Positions 28,844-38,579 of a stretch of DNA of 64,000 bases are shown here, one piece after another (within the stretch, counting starts at the first letter, position 1; every line of letters begins with the position of its first letter). Source of the stretch: an uncultured Lentisphaerales bacterium (GTDB lineage Bacteria; Verrucomicrobiota; Kiritimatiellia; RFP12; CAYQJG01); contig CAYQJG010000001.1 in assembly GCA_964417715.1 (NCBI GenBank), forward strand, positions 29,297 to 93,296. Direction: 5' to 3'. The translations under genes were made by a program, and so were the position numbers. The notes under the pieces were generated by a model that saw only the letters and a list, made by a program, of their open reading frames with translations, ran no database searches and was not told the origin of the DNA.

Positions 28844-30154
28844 TCACATGCCAACCGGAAGATCAAGATGAAACTGTGTGCCCTGCCCCATGACCGTCTC
28901 CATGTGCAGCACGCCCTGGTGCTCCTTGACGATCCCGTGGCTGATGGCGAGACCGAGGCCCGTGCCCTTGTCACGCGGCTTCGTCGTGAAGAAAGGGTCG
29001 AAGATGCGTTCGCGGATCTCGGGCGGAATGCCGAACCCCCTGTCGGTCACCGTCAGCCTGACCCAGTTCCGGCCCGCGCGTTCGACCTGGCCGGCCAGGA
29101 TTTGGATGCGTTTATCCTCGTGAAACCCGGGGTAGCGCTCGTTCAGTGCATCGCGCGCGTTCGTCAGCAGGTTCATGAGCACCTGCTGAATCTGCTGGCT
29201 GCAGCAGTCGACGGCCGGCAGGTCGGGCGACACGTTGACCTCGAGCACGATCTGGTCATGCCGCAGCACCGCGCGGACCAGACTCAGTGTGCCCTCGACA
29301 ATGTCAACGAGGCGTACCGGGCTGTGCACCTGCTTGTCCTGACGCGCGAAGGTCAGCAGGTTGTGGACAATGCTCGCCACGCGTTCGCCGGCATGCTCGA
29401 TCTCGCGCGCGAACTCGACGACGGAGGGATCGACGCCGGGCTTCTCGGCGATGATCTGCGCGTAATTCATGATCCCGCAGACCGGGTTGTTGATCTCGTG
29501 CGCCACGCCGCTGGCCAGTGTGCCGATGGATTCGAGCCGTTGCTGGTGGCGCAACTGCATGTCGCTCAGGCGCAACCGTTCGTCAGCCGCCCGCTGACGC
29601 TCCTGGTCGAGCAGCACCCAGCCGATGAGCGCCGTCACGGGAGGGAAGACCAGCAGCACGGGAAGCGCGATCTCGCCCAGCACCATGATGCGCCTGTCGC
29701 TCGGAAACGTGTATGTCCAGGCCAGCATGACGACGTGCACGAGAACACCGAACAGGTACAGACGCCACGGTGTGACCGCATCGGGGCAGCGCCGCCGGAG
29801 ATGGTGGTAGATCGCACCCAGCAGCCCGGAACTCGCGATCACGCCCACACCCATGAAGACGCCGTCACCCCCCAGCGACAGTCGATAGGGAATCGTCACA
29901 GCGACGGCCACGGCCGCCGCGACAAAGCCGCCGAACAACCCCGCCAGGCTGATCATGATCGACCGGCCGTCAAAGACGATGCCTGTCGAAAGCTCATGGG
30001 TCATCAGCATGGCGATCAGCGCGGCGCCGCCGAAAATCGCCCCGAAAACGAGCCGCCCCGAGAACGTGTCGCGGTCCCAGCGGAGCGCCGCCAGTCGGTA
30101 GATCACGCAGAGGGTGACCAGCAGCGTGGCGTTCTGGATAAGTCCAAGGATCAT
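28844..30154 (-). CDS. Sensor histidine kinase with an N-terminal 5TM LytS-like membrane domain
   Basis: GxxxG-rich TM bundle followed by HisKA (GVAHEINNP) and HATPase_c (DRGFGIP…GTGLGLAI). Start trimmed to the ATG that overlaps (ATGA) the stop of the upstream kinase gene. Confidence 0.8.
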   Translation of the reverse strand: MILGLIQNATLLVTLCVIYRLAALRWDRDTFSGRLVFGAIFGGAALIAMLMTHELSTGIVFDGRSIMISLAGLFGGFVAAAVAVAVTIPYRLSLGGDGVFMGVGVIASSGLLGAIYHHLRRRCPDAVTPWRLYLFGVLVHVVMLAWTYTFPSDRRIMVLGEIALPVLLVFPPVTALIGWVLLDQERQRAADERLRLSDMQLRHQQRLESIGTLASGVAHEINNPVCGIMNYAQIIAEKPGVDPSVVEFAREIEHAGERVASIVHNLLTFARQDKQVHSPVRLVDIVEGTLSLVRAVLRHDQIVLEVNVSPDLPAVDCCSQQIQQVLMNLLTNARDALNERYPGFHEDKRIQILAGQVERAGRNWVRLTVTDRGFGIPPEIRERIFDPFFTTKPRDKGTGLGLAISHGIVKEHQGVLHMETVMGQGTQFHLDLPVGM

Positions 30155-33100
30155 CAGGTGTTCCCTTCGGGTACGGGGGCAACGGGCAGATCCATGTGGA
30201 AGCGCGTGCCGCGGCCGGCCTGCGTCTCGAACGTCAGCCGACCGCCATGCTCCTGGACGATCCGCAGGCTGGAGGCCAGCCCCAACCCCACGTGCTCCGC
30301 GCGCGACTTGGTGGTGAAGAACGGGTTGAAGACGCAGGCGCGGACGTCGTCGGGCATTCCCGGCCCACAGTCGGCTACCGTCACACGCACCCATCGCCGG
30401 GTCGTCCGTGCTTCCGGCTGCGGCTCCGACAGCACGCACGCCGTCACACGCACCGTCCGGTCCGCGCCTTCAGTCGGTGCGTCCGCGCTCAGCACCTCGC
30501 GCGCATTCATCAGCAGGTGCACCAGAACCTGCTGGATCTGCTGGTTGTTGCAGACCACCTCGGGCAAACCGACCGGCAGCGTCACGTCGAGACCCAGGTT
30601 GGCCTTGTGGAACTGCGCCCGCACCAGGGCCACCGCCGAGTCGATCATCTCCGGCCAGGCGACCAACGTGCGCTTCCCGCCGTCAGGCCGTGCGAACGCG
30701 CCCAGGCTGCGCACGATCCCGGCCACGCGCTCCCCCTCGCTGATGATCATGCCGGCATACTCGCGCAGCGGACTGTCGGGAGGCAGTCGCTCCTGGATCA
30801 GCTCGGCGCATCCCAGCATGCCGCACAGCGGGTTGTTGATCTCATTGGCCACACCGCCGGCCAGTGTGCCGACCGCCGCCAGTCTGTGTTCCTGCCGCAG
30901 CAGCGACTCCATCTGTTCCTGCCGATCCTTGCTAAGCTTGCGCTCAGTCACGTCGAGAACCGAGATCAGCAGGTGCGGACGATCACCCACGCTCACGGGC
31001 GTTGCATAGAACAGGCAGACGAGAATCGCCCCGTGCTTGGTCCGGCAATCGCATTCCCATCCTCGGACACCCTCCTGCATGTTCACGGCGGACAACATGC
31101 GTTCCCGGTCGTGCGGGTTGCAGAGCAACCCCAGTTCAATCGTCGTGTGGCCGACCACCTCCGCGCGCGCGTATTCGAATAGCCGCAGGAAGGCGTCATT
31201 GGCATCGGTGTAGCGGCCGCTCTCACGCTCACTAACCAGCATGGCGATCGGGCTCTTCAGGAAGGCCGTGGCAAACCGAAGTTCGCTCTCGCGCGTGGCC
31301 TGGTGCTGCTGCACCAACTCGGCAGTCCGAATGCGGACCAGACGCTCGGCCCGGAAACGTCCCGCCGTCAGGCTGCTCAGCAACCAGCCGGACAGGACCG
31401 ACACCAACAGCCCTGCCGGCAGAACCCAGCGATATGCTGTGGCCAGGTTGGCCGCGACAAAAGCCTCCGTCGGCATAACCGTGATGATCCAGTCGCGTCC
31501 GGCCATGTCCAATGGAACCGCATAGACCCCCAGGCGGGCGGGATCGGCGACGGGCGCCGTCTGACTGAGCCGCAGCCGGCCTCCCTGTGGCGCAGACAGG
31601 TCCTCGATCCGCAGGTCGGTCCGTTCCGATGCAATCCGTGCGTCAACTGAGCCCTCGTTGACGAGGCCCGTCAGGCTGTAAACCCCCATGACGAAGCCGC
31701 GCAAGTCGCGGCGGCGTTCAGCAACCGTCGTGGGTGACTCCGCCGCGCGCGCATAGACGGGCGCAAAGACCACAAAGGTCGGCGACGATGCCGCGTCCGT
31801 TGTGTCCTGAAGCACGGGTGTGGCCCGCGCCTGCCCGGCGTCGCACGCACGCGACATCGCGGCCCAGCGATCGGGGTCGGATGCCAGGTCCCACCCCACG
31901 CTGGCCGGGCCACCGCGCGCCCGGCTCACATAGTGATAGAGGGGGAAGTACGCGCTGTGATCGCCGATCGGCACAGGCCGGCCCGCCGCGTCCCGCGCCG
32001 CGATCTGGAAACCGACCATACCCGCCTGGCGGGCATGCGCCTCGCAGTCGGCACGCCCGTCTCCCGGAATGCGCGGCACCCAGCCCAGCGCCACCACAGG
32101 CCCCGTGCCCAGACGTCCGCCCGCCAGGAGATCGAACTCGTGGCGGTCGACCTCCTCGTCGACCTCGTGGAAACGGCGGAGTTCATCCAGCGTATCCAGG
32201 CAATCCGCGGCGGCACGGGCAACAGCCCGCACGCGTGCGCCGGCCTGCGCGCGGAAGACCCCGACCAGGTCGTCGACCGCGGCACGCCGCAACTCCAGGT
32301 GGACGGCCAGAGTCAACAGCATGCCGGCCACGCCGGCGATGACAACCGGCGCCCAGTTGACCAGCGGATCGACGGCTTCGCCCTGCCGCGCCGAGGCCAG
32401 CGCCTGGCGCAGCCGACAGCTATAGCTGTAGCTGAGCAGGATCACCAGGCAGAGCAGGGCGGTGAGACTGAGCGCGACGAAACGTTGGCGCGCCACGGCC
32501 AGACGAACCTGGCCGGCGTCCTGATCAACGCCCATGACTACGACAGACGGATCGGTGCCGGCCAGGCGGACCGGGCAGAAAGCCGACAGCCAGTCGCCCC
32601 AGCGGTCGTTGTAGATGCGCGTCGTCACGGCTGCACCGGACTGAAACAGCGCGACAAGTTCGGCGGGCGCTTCGGCATAGATCTGGCCGGGCGGCGATTC
32701 ATCGGCCGAACCGGGCGCCTCGGAATCCACGAGGAAGATGACCTGCTGCGCCACTTTCCGCGCCAGATAGACGAATCGCACATGCGGCATGCTCTGCCTG
32801 AAAACACGCAACTGCTGCTTCAGCCGCCGATACTCAGGGACCGTCAGATCAGCCGGCGTACCGGTCAGGCGGGCAACTTGCGTCGTGTCGACCACCGCTG
32901 ACGCCAGCACGGCTGTCTCCAGGAGCCGGGCCGACTGCCGCCGGCCTTCGCGCGCGCCCATCCACTGGGTGGCGCTCCACCCGCACGCCAGGACGGCCAG
33001 CAGCGCGCCGGCCAGCCACGCATGCAGCCGGCGGTCGCCGGACGACGTATGGTCACCCAGCCGATTGCGTGCATTATGCAACGCGACCCCGGTTGCCAGA

Positions 33101-33726
33101 CAGCAGGCCAACAGACCACGCAGGTACTGAACGGGGAACCCGGACGCCCACGCAAACAGGCTGTGATCGAGCAGATGCGCAGCCGGCCACAGCGCGACGG
33201 GGATGACCAGCCCTTCGGCCAGGGCATACACCGACATGGCGCAGGCCGCGCACGCAAGCGTCCAGACGGTGCCCGCGGCACGACGGGCTGCACGCGCCAG
33301 CGCCCAGGCCGCCCAGAGCGCCGCCGGCAACCCCAAGGCTACGCGGATGGCGGCGTCATAGCCGGCGGGATGAACGTGTCCGCCTATGCCAGCGAGCACC
33401 AGGAACGGCAGGATGATCCAGCGCCCCGGCGCATGGCCTCCTCCCTGCCGCGTGCCGGCACGTCCGAACTCCATGAGACAGGCAAAGGCCACAACCAGCA
33501 GGCCCAGGTGCAGCATGGCCTGCCACCGGCTGTCACCCAGGCTGATCGCCAGCATGCCCAGCCACTCGTTGAGGCCATGCGTCAGGCCGAACAGGCCCAG
33601 CCAGCGCCACGGCAGACAACCCGGACCGTACGCCAGCCGCCCGCGGCACACGTCCGCCAGAAGCAGAAACGCCGCCCCGCAGACGAAGAACACCCAATCC
33701 ATCTGGCTGTTCGGAAACCCGTTCAT
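30154..33726 (-). CDS. Large multi-domain sensor histidine kinase (polytopic N-terminal membrane domain, extracytoplasmic sensor region, second TM, PAS, HisKA, HATPase_c)
   Basis: 1190 aa. PAS-like region (…SPIAMLVSERESGRYTDANDAFLRLF…), H-box (GVANEINNPL) and G-boxes (DCGPGMP…GLGLAS). Confidence 0.8.
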   Translation of the reverse strand: MNGFPNSQMDWVFFVCGAAFLLLADVCRGRLAYGPGCLPWRWLGLFGLTHGLNEWLGMLAISLGDSRWQAMLHLGLLVVAFACLMEFGRAGTRQGGGHAPGRWIILPFLVLAGIGGHVHPAGYDAAIRVALGLPAALWAAWALARAARRAAGTVWTLACAACAMSVYALAEGLVIPVALWPAAHLLDHSLFAWASGFPVQYLRGLLACCLATGVALHNARNRLGDHTSSGDRRLHAWLAGALLAVLACGWSATQWMGAREGRRQSARLLETAVLASAVVDTTQVARLTGTPADLTVPEYRRLKQQLRVFRQSMPHVRFVYLARKVAQQVIFLVDSEAPGSADESPPGQIYAEAPAELVALFQSGAAVTTRIYNDRWGDWLSAFCPVRLAGTDPSVVVMGVDQDAGQVRLAVARQRFVALSLTALLCLVILLSYSYSCRLRQALASARQGEAVDPLVNWAPVVIAGVAGMLLTLAVHLELRRAAVDDLVGVFRAQAGARVRAVARAAADCLDTLDELRRFHEVDEEVDRHEFDLLAGGRLGTGPVVALGWVPRIPGDGRADCEAHARQAGMVGFQIAARDAAGRPVPIGDHSAYFPLYHYVSRARGGPASVGWDLASDPDRWAAMSRACDAGQARATPVLQDTTDAASSPTFVVFAPVYARAAESPTTVAERRRDLRGFVMGVYSLTGLVNEGSVDARIASERTDLRIEDLSAPQGGRLRLSQTAPVADPARLGVYAVPLDMAGRDWIITVMPTEAFVAANLATAYRWVLPAGLLVSVLSGWLLSSLTAGRFRAERLVRIRTAELVQQHQATRESELRFATAFLKSPIAMLVSERESGRYTDANDAFLRLFEYARAEVVGHTTIELGLLCNPHDRERMLSAVNMQEGVRGWECDCRTKHGAILVCLFYATPVSVGDRPHLLISVLDVTERKLSKDRQEQMESLLRQEHRLAAVGTLAGGVANEINNPLCGMLGCAELIQERLPPDSPLREYAGMIISEGERVAGIVRSLGAFARPDGGKRTLVAWPEMIDSAVALVRAQFHKANLGLDVTLPVGLPEVVCNNQQIQQVLVHLLMNAREVLSADAPTEGADRTVRVTACVLSEPQPEARTTRRWVRVTVADCGPGMPDDVRACVFNPFFTTKSRAEHVGLGLASSLRIVQEHGGRLTFETQAGRGTRFHMDLPVAPVPEGNT

Positions 33727-33859
33727 GACGGTGACTCGCGGCGAGAACGCACGCGGTCCTTCTCTTCCTGGCGGATCACGCCCTGATCCATCACTTCGCG
33801 GGGCATCGTCAGAATGCGCGCCCTACCGGCAGAACGGTAGCACACAACCCGGTCGGCCG

Positions 33860-35005
33860 CTAGCGGATCTTGACCAGCAGCACGAACAACAGGGGGATCA
33901 GGAACGCCTGTACGAGCATGAAGCGCATCAGCACCTGCGCGTTGCTCCAGTGCATGTTGCGGCGGCAGTGGTCATGCAGCGGGAACCGCACGCTGTGCAG
34001 GGCCCGCACGAGCACGTGCTGCTCCGCGGCGGCGGCGGGGGTCAACTTGCCGGGCGGGGTAATGTCGAACCCGATGCGCTTCAGCATGCGCAGCAGGATC
34101 AGTTTGAACAGTCCGGTGCCGCCGTTGACCAGCACCACCGGCGAGACCACGAAGATCAGGAACGGGTTGCCGGCGGCCAGCACGGCGAGTCCGACCAGCA
34201 GTCCCAGCAGCCGCGAACCGGCATCGCCCATCAGCACACGGCTGGGTTCGGCGTTATGCCAGAGGTAGCCCGCCAGACCACCTGCCACGGTCGCCACGAG
34301 GATCGCCCAGCGCGCGCCGTCAGCCTTGTGCGGAATCAGCAGGTAATCAGAGATGGGCCGATAACCCACCACGCCGTAAAGCAGCCCCGCCAGCGCAAAC
34401 AGCGACAGCAGGGTCAATGCGCCTGCAAGCCCATCCACGCCGTCGGAGCAGTTGGTTGCGTTCATGGTGAACCACAGTACCGCCGTCGCCATGGGCAGGT
34501 AGGCCCACAGCGGCAGCACAATGGCCTGCTTGTAGACGGGCAGCCAGATCGACACGGCGTGGCCGCGACTCAGACAGAAGGCCGCCATGAGCGCCACCAG
34601 CAGGTCCAGCAACCCCTTGCGTGCCTCGCCCCAGGCCAGACTGCTGCAATCGTCGAGGTAACCGAACAGCATCGCCAGGTACAGGCTCGCGAGCGCGCCC
34701 AGTTCCCAGAACCCCATCGGCACACACAGCAGGACCACGGGCAGCATCAGGAGCGTCATCTGATAGCCGGCTCCGGTGGGCTTGCCGGCCGACTGGTGCC
34801 CGTCCTTGACCAGCACCTTGCCGCGGTCGCGTGGCAGCCGGTGCCATTGCCGCGGCAACACGCTCCAGACCAGCAGGCCGGACACGAGCGTGCCCAGCGC
34901 CAGCAGGATGATGTGCGAACTCAACAGACGGAAAGGCCCCCACACAGGGCTCAACCACGACCCCAACCAGAAAAGCATCGGTAGTACCTCGCCGGACAGG
35001 AACAC
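33860..35005 (-). CDS. MraY/WecA-family polyprenyl-phosphate N-acetylhexosamine-1-phosphate transferase (glycosyltransferase family 4)
   Basis: NATNCSDGVDGLAG motif (the NAxNxxDGxDGLA signature) and ~10 TM helices. Confidence 0.7.
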   Translation of the reverse strand: MFLSGEVLPMLFWLGSWLSPVWGPFRLLSSHIILLALGTLVSGLLVWSVLPRQWHRLPRDRGKVLVKDGHQSAGKPTGAGYQMTLLMLPVVLLCVPMGFWELGALASLYLAMLFGYLDDCSSLAWGEARKGLLDLLVALMAAFCLSRGHAVSIWLPVYKQAIVLPLWAYLPMATAVLWFTMNATNCSDGVDGLAGALTLLSLFALAGLLYGVVGYRPISDYLLIPHKADGARWAILVATVAGGLAGYLWHNAEPSRVLMGDAGSRLLGLLVGLAVLAAGNPFLIFVVSPVVLVNGGTGLFKLILLRMLKRIGFDITPPGKLTPAAAAEQHVLVRALHSVRFPLHDHCRRNMHWSNAQVLMRFMLVQAFLIPLLFVLLVKIR

Positions 35006-35079
35006 GGAAAGAGCCCAGACGCCCGGTGACGGAATAGGTTACGGAATGCGTGCGGCGAAAGCAAGACACGCCCCTCAGA

Positions 35080-35508
35080 TCATCTCCCGTTTTCCCATGC
35101 CTCCGGCGTCATGACGCGGACCACCTTGGATGCGCGTTCGATCACCTCGGCATCATTGGTCAACAGGACCGCATCCGACAGGTTTGCGACTGCCACATAG
35201 ATTGCATCGGCGCCGCGCAGGAACAGGGTGGCTGCGAAGCGCTCGGCCGTTTCTGCACACGCCTCCGAAAGTGGCTGCCAAACGTGCACGGCAGAACCGC
35301 GTACCCACGCGGCGGCCGAACGCCCCTGCCGGGCGTCGCGCGTCTTCCGGGCGATGGTGGCAGCCACCTCGACTGGCAGTAACAACGGCGAGTAGTGACG
35401 GGCTGATTGCCCAGACGCCTTCAGCAGGCAGGCGCGACAGGCTTCCGCAGCCGGATCATGAACGTCCAGCGCGCTGACCCAGACATTCGCGTCAACGGTC
35501 AGTCTCAT
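35080..35508 (-). CDS. vapC: PIN-domain ribonuclease toxin VapC
   Basis: 142 aa. MRLTVDANVW… places a conserved Asp at position 6 (PIN). It overlaps the upstream antitoxin ORF by 4 bp. Confidence 0.7.
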   Translation of the reverse strand: MRLTVDANVWVSALDVHDPAAEACRACLLKASGQSARHYSPLLLPVEVAATIARKTRDARQGRSAAAWVRGSAVHVWQPLSEACAETAERFAATLFLRGADAIYVAVANLSDAVLLTNDAEVIERASKVVRVMTPEAWENGR

Positions 35509-35783
35509 CGACGTTCCGCCTGAAGGATGTCTCGGCAGGATCGCTTGTCGACCGCTGTTCGGCCTATCTTCTCTGCCAGTTCGTTGGTCTCACGTACCCA
35601 CTTCGCGGCCCAGGCGTCCTTCTTTTTCGCCGAAGTCTGTTCTGGTTCGTCCAGCGACACACGCCCGTCCAGCCATTGCTCGTAGAGACGCTGTGTGACG
35701 GCGCGTACGGACTGTCCGTCGAGGGAGCTTTTCGACTTCACACGGCGGTAAAGCGTATCCGGCAGTTCAATCGTGGTCTTCAT
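35505..35783 (-). CDS. Putative antitoxin of the VapBC module
   Basis: 92-aa ORF immediately upstream of vapC with a 4-bp overlap. MKTTIELPDTLYRRVK… is a typical antitoxin N-terminal beta-strand DNA-binding motif. Confidence 0.5.
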   Translation of the reverse strand: MKTTIELPDTLYRRVKSKSSLDGQSVRAVTQRLYEQWLDGRVSLDEPEQTSAKKKDAWAAKWVRETNELAEKIGRTAVDKRSCRDILQAERR

Positions 35784-35909
35784 TACCTGGCCATATTCCC
35801 ATATTCCCGTATTACTGTCAACGAAAGAAGCCGTTACGGCAGGCGAGAACGGAAAACGGCCATCCCGTGATCGGGATGGCCGTGCTTGTGCAGCGTGCGC
35901 GGGTCGCGC

Positions 35910-36266
35910 TCAGACGAGTGCGGCGCGCGCGCGTTCGACAATCGCCGCGAAGCCCTGTGGATCGTGGATACCGATCTCGGAGAGCATCTTGCGGTTCAGC
36001 TGGACGTTGGCCTTCGTCAGGCCCTCGATCAGCCGGCTGTAGGTCAGGCCGAGCGGACGGCAGGACGCATTGATACGGGCGATCCACAGGCGCCGGAAAT
36101 CGCGCTTGCGGTGCTTGCGGTGGATGGTGCTCAGACGCTGGGCGCGGTTAACGGCCTCGGTCGCCTGGCGGAAGAGTTTGCTGCGTGATCCGCTAAAACC
36201 CTTCGCCAGCTCCAGGCGTTGACGCCTGCGTTCGCGTGACGCCGGGGCATTCGTTGCTCTTGGCAT
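35910..36266 (-). CDS. rplT: 50S ribosomal protein L20
   Basis: 118 aa, KRRRQRLELAKGFSGSRSKLFRQA…. Confidence 0.93.
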   Translation of the reverse strand: MPRATNAPASRERRRQRLELAKGFSGSRSKLFRQATEAVNRAQRLSTIHRKHRKRDFRRLWIARINASCRPLGLTYSRLIEGLTKANVQLNRKMLSEIGIHDPQGFAAIVERARAALV

Positions 36267-36287
36267 GGTGGAATCTCCTGGTTGGTG

Positions 36288-36482
36288 TTAGGCCTGTAGC
36301 AGACGCCGGGCACGCTTCTGCTCGGGTTTGCTGAGTACATCCATACCACGGAGATTGCGCTTGCGCTTACGCGTCTTGCACGCGTTGAGGTGGGCTTTGC
36401 CCGCCCGCGTGTACAGCACTTTACCCGTGGCCGACGTTTTGAACCGCTTCGTCGCGGCTTTCTTGGTCTTCATCTTCGGCAT
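36288..36482 (-). CDS. rpmI: 50S ribosomal protein L35
   Basis: 64 aa, MPKMKTKKAATKRFK…. Confidence 0.9.
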   Translation of the reverse strand: MPKMKTKKAATKRFKTSATGKVLYTRAGKAHLNACKTRKRKRNLRGMDVLSKPEQKRARRLLQA

Positions 36483-36499
36483 GGAGATGATCTCCGAAG

Positions 36500-36535
36500 G
36501 GCGGACATTACAGTGTCCGCGTTTTCAGGAACCCG
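36500..36535. promoter_or_regulatory. Stem-loop in the rpmI leader (GCGGACATTACAGTGTCCGC followed by GTTTTC). A second palindrome, GGAGATCATCTCC, spans the SD.
   Basis: The inverted repeats are read directly from the sequence. By analogy with L20-mediated operon autoregulation, this may be a regulatory leader. Confidence 0.3.
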
Positions 36536-36662
36536 ATTTCAACCCGCCAGGCAGCCAGCCATGGGCCCGGACGAGCGGGGTACCCGCACGGTCGCACCCT
36601 TTCAGGCACGACACAAGGGCGCTACTTATAGCAGAGGGCGACGCCGGGTGTCCATGAGGAAG

Positions 36663-38564
36663 TTAGGGCGCGTCGCCCAGCAGGCGGCGGCGCAGCTCAA
36701 AGTAGGCCGGCGTGTAGCGCGGTCCCAACTGCGCCTCGCGATGGTCGAACCCGAAGGCGCGGCGGCTGACCGCCAGAACCGGCGGCGCCTGCACGCGCTT
36801 GGCCACGGCCAGCCCCTGGTAGAGATTCCACCAGCGCTCGATATCGGCGACGAAGGCCAACGGCGTCGGAAACAGCGCGCTGACGCTCCCCTCGTAGCCG
36901 ATCTCCTGCTCCAGACGGCCCGCGGCGTACCACTGCAGCAGATCCTCGGGCGTGGCGCGATCCCAGCGCTCGACCCAGGACCGGAAGAGGCTGTCGTGGT
37001 AGGGGTAGATGAGCGGGTCGCCCTTTCCTTCGTCAACAGCCTGCGCCGCGCTCAATTCAGCCGACGGCACAATCGAGAAGATGCCCGCCGGAATGACCGG
37101 CCGGCCGTAGCACGCCTCGTTCAGGTGGCGACCAACCTCGTACACCTGCCCCTTCCAAAGATCACCGAGGTTCGCCAGCCAGCCGGCAATGTCGCCATAG
37201 AGCGTGCCGTAGCCGACGGTGATTTCGGCCTTGTTGGCGTTGCAGGTGAAGACACCGCCAAAAGCCGCCGCCGCCGCCGCCAACAGCCGGCAGCCGCGGT
37301 CGCGTGCCTGCACGTTCTCGAGGGCGAACGGCGACAAGGCCAGGCTCCCCGCCGTCCGTCCGCGCGGACCGGTCAGGGCCAGTGCAGCGAACTGCCGCCG
37401 CGTGTGTTCCACGCTGTCGCTGATCGGCAACTCGGCGTAGAGCGCGCCCAGTTCGTCGGCCAGCCCGCGCGCCAGGCCCCGCGTCGTCTGCGAACTGAAC
37501 GGCCCGGGCATGTTGACCAGCAGCAGGTCGGCTGGGTCCACGAGCTGCCCGTAGAGCGCGGCCACGACGGCCGAATCGATGCCGCCCGAGACGCCGATGA
37601 CCACGCGCCGGACGCCCAGGCGCCGCATGAACACGCGCGTCCCGAAGAGCAGCGCCCGGGTGACACCTGCCACATCGTCGCGCGTGAGCGCGACGGGTTG
37701 CCCGAATGCACGGCCGTCCAACGGCAGGTCGAACGTCAACTCCCCTTCCCCGAACGCCACCGGCCCCTCGACCACATGGCCCTGCCCGTCATAGGCGCAG
37801 CACTCGCCGTCGAAGGCATAGACGGTCTTGCCGATGTCCTGCACGCCCACGGTGTTCGTGTAGAGCAGCGGCCGGCCGACGTCGCGCGCCAGCGCGTCGA
37901 ACACGCGGTTGCGCTTCTGGTTCTTGTCACGCGTGAACGGCGAGCAGCTGGCGTTGACCAGCACATGCGCCCCCTGGGCGGCCAGGATGCGGCCCGGTGA
38001 GAGCGCGTAGTCGGCATCCCAGGCATCCTCGCACAGCAGGCAGCCCAGCCGGGCGCGCGCCGTCGCGATGGGCGCAATCAGGTCGGCCACCGGGCGGCCG
38101 CGTTCGAGCGCCAGACGACGCAGGTCGAAGAAGTGGCGGGTGTCGTCAAAGCAGCGGTAATTCGGCTGCAGCACCTTCGGGACGAAAGGCAGGCCTGTCC
38201 CGCCCGATACGCGGAACTGGCCGTCCTCGGCCACAAAGACGGCATTGTACTTGCGGACGCGGCCATCCTCGTTGCGCCGCGTCCAGTCCACGGCGACGTT
38301 GCCGAAGACGACCACGAGCCCCTGCGCGGCCTCACGCAGGCGCTCGCCACAGGCTTCGCACAGACGGAGAAACGCCGAGCGCTCCCACTCGTCGCCGAGG
38401 AGATAGCCCGGCACGGCGAGTTCAGGGAACACCAGCAGTTCGATGCCGTCGGCACGGGCCGTCGCGATCCGGAGCAGCATCCGTTCGGTGTTCTCGACCG
38501 GCCGTCCCGGCTCAACTTCGAGCTGGACGAGCCGAACGCGCATGCTCCCGCCAACCGCATCCAT
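36663..38564 (-). CDS. nadE: Glutamine-dependent NAD+ synthetase (nitrilase/CN-hydrolase domain + NAD synthetase domain)
   Basis: N-terminal CN-hydrolase domain (…LLVFPELAVPGY…LLCEDAW…) and C-terminal PP-loop (VVIGVSGGIDSAV). Start may be the ATG at 38543 (MRVRLVQL). Confidence 0.88.
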   Translation of the reverse strand: MDAVGGSMRVRLVQLEVEPGRPVENTERMLLRIATARADGIELLVFPELAVPGYLLGDEWERSAFLRLCEACGERLREAAQGLVVVFGNVAVDWTRRNEDGRVRKYNAVFVAEDGQFRVSGGTGLPFVPKVLQPNYRCFDDTRHFFDLRRLALERGRPVADLIAPIATARARLGCLLCEDAWDADYALSPGRILAAQGAHVLVNASCSPFTRDKNQKRNRVFDALARDVGRPLLYTNTVGVQDIGKTVYAFDGECCAYDGQGHVVEGPVAFGEGELTFDLPLDGRAFGQPVALTRDDVAGVTRALLFGTRVFMRRLGVRRVVIGVSGGIDSAVVAALYGQLVDPADLLLVNMPGPFSSQTTRGLARGLADELGALYAELPISDSVEHTRRQFAALALTGPRGRTAGSLALSPFALENVQARDRGCRLLAAAAAAFGGVFTCNANKAEITVGYGTLYGDIAGWLANLGDLWKGQVYEVGRHLNEACYGRPVIPAGIFSIVPSAELSAAQAVDEGKGDPLIYPYHDSLFRSWVERWDRATPEDLLQWYAAGRLEQEIGYEGSVSALFPTPLAFVADIERWWNLYQGLAVAKRVQAPPVLAVSRRAFGFDHREAQLGPRYTPAYFELRRRLLGDAP

Positions 38565-38579
38565 GGCTGATCTCCGGCG

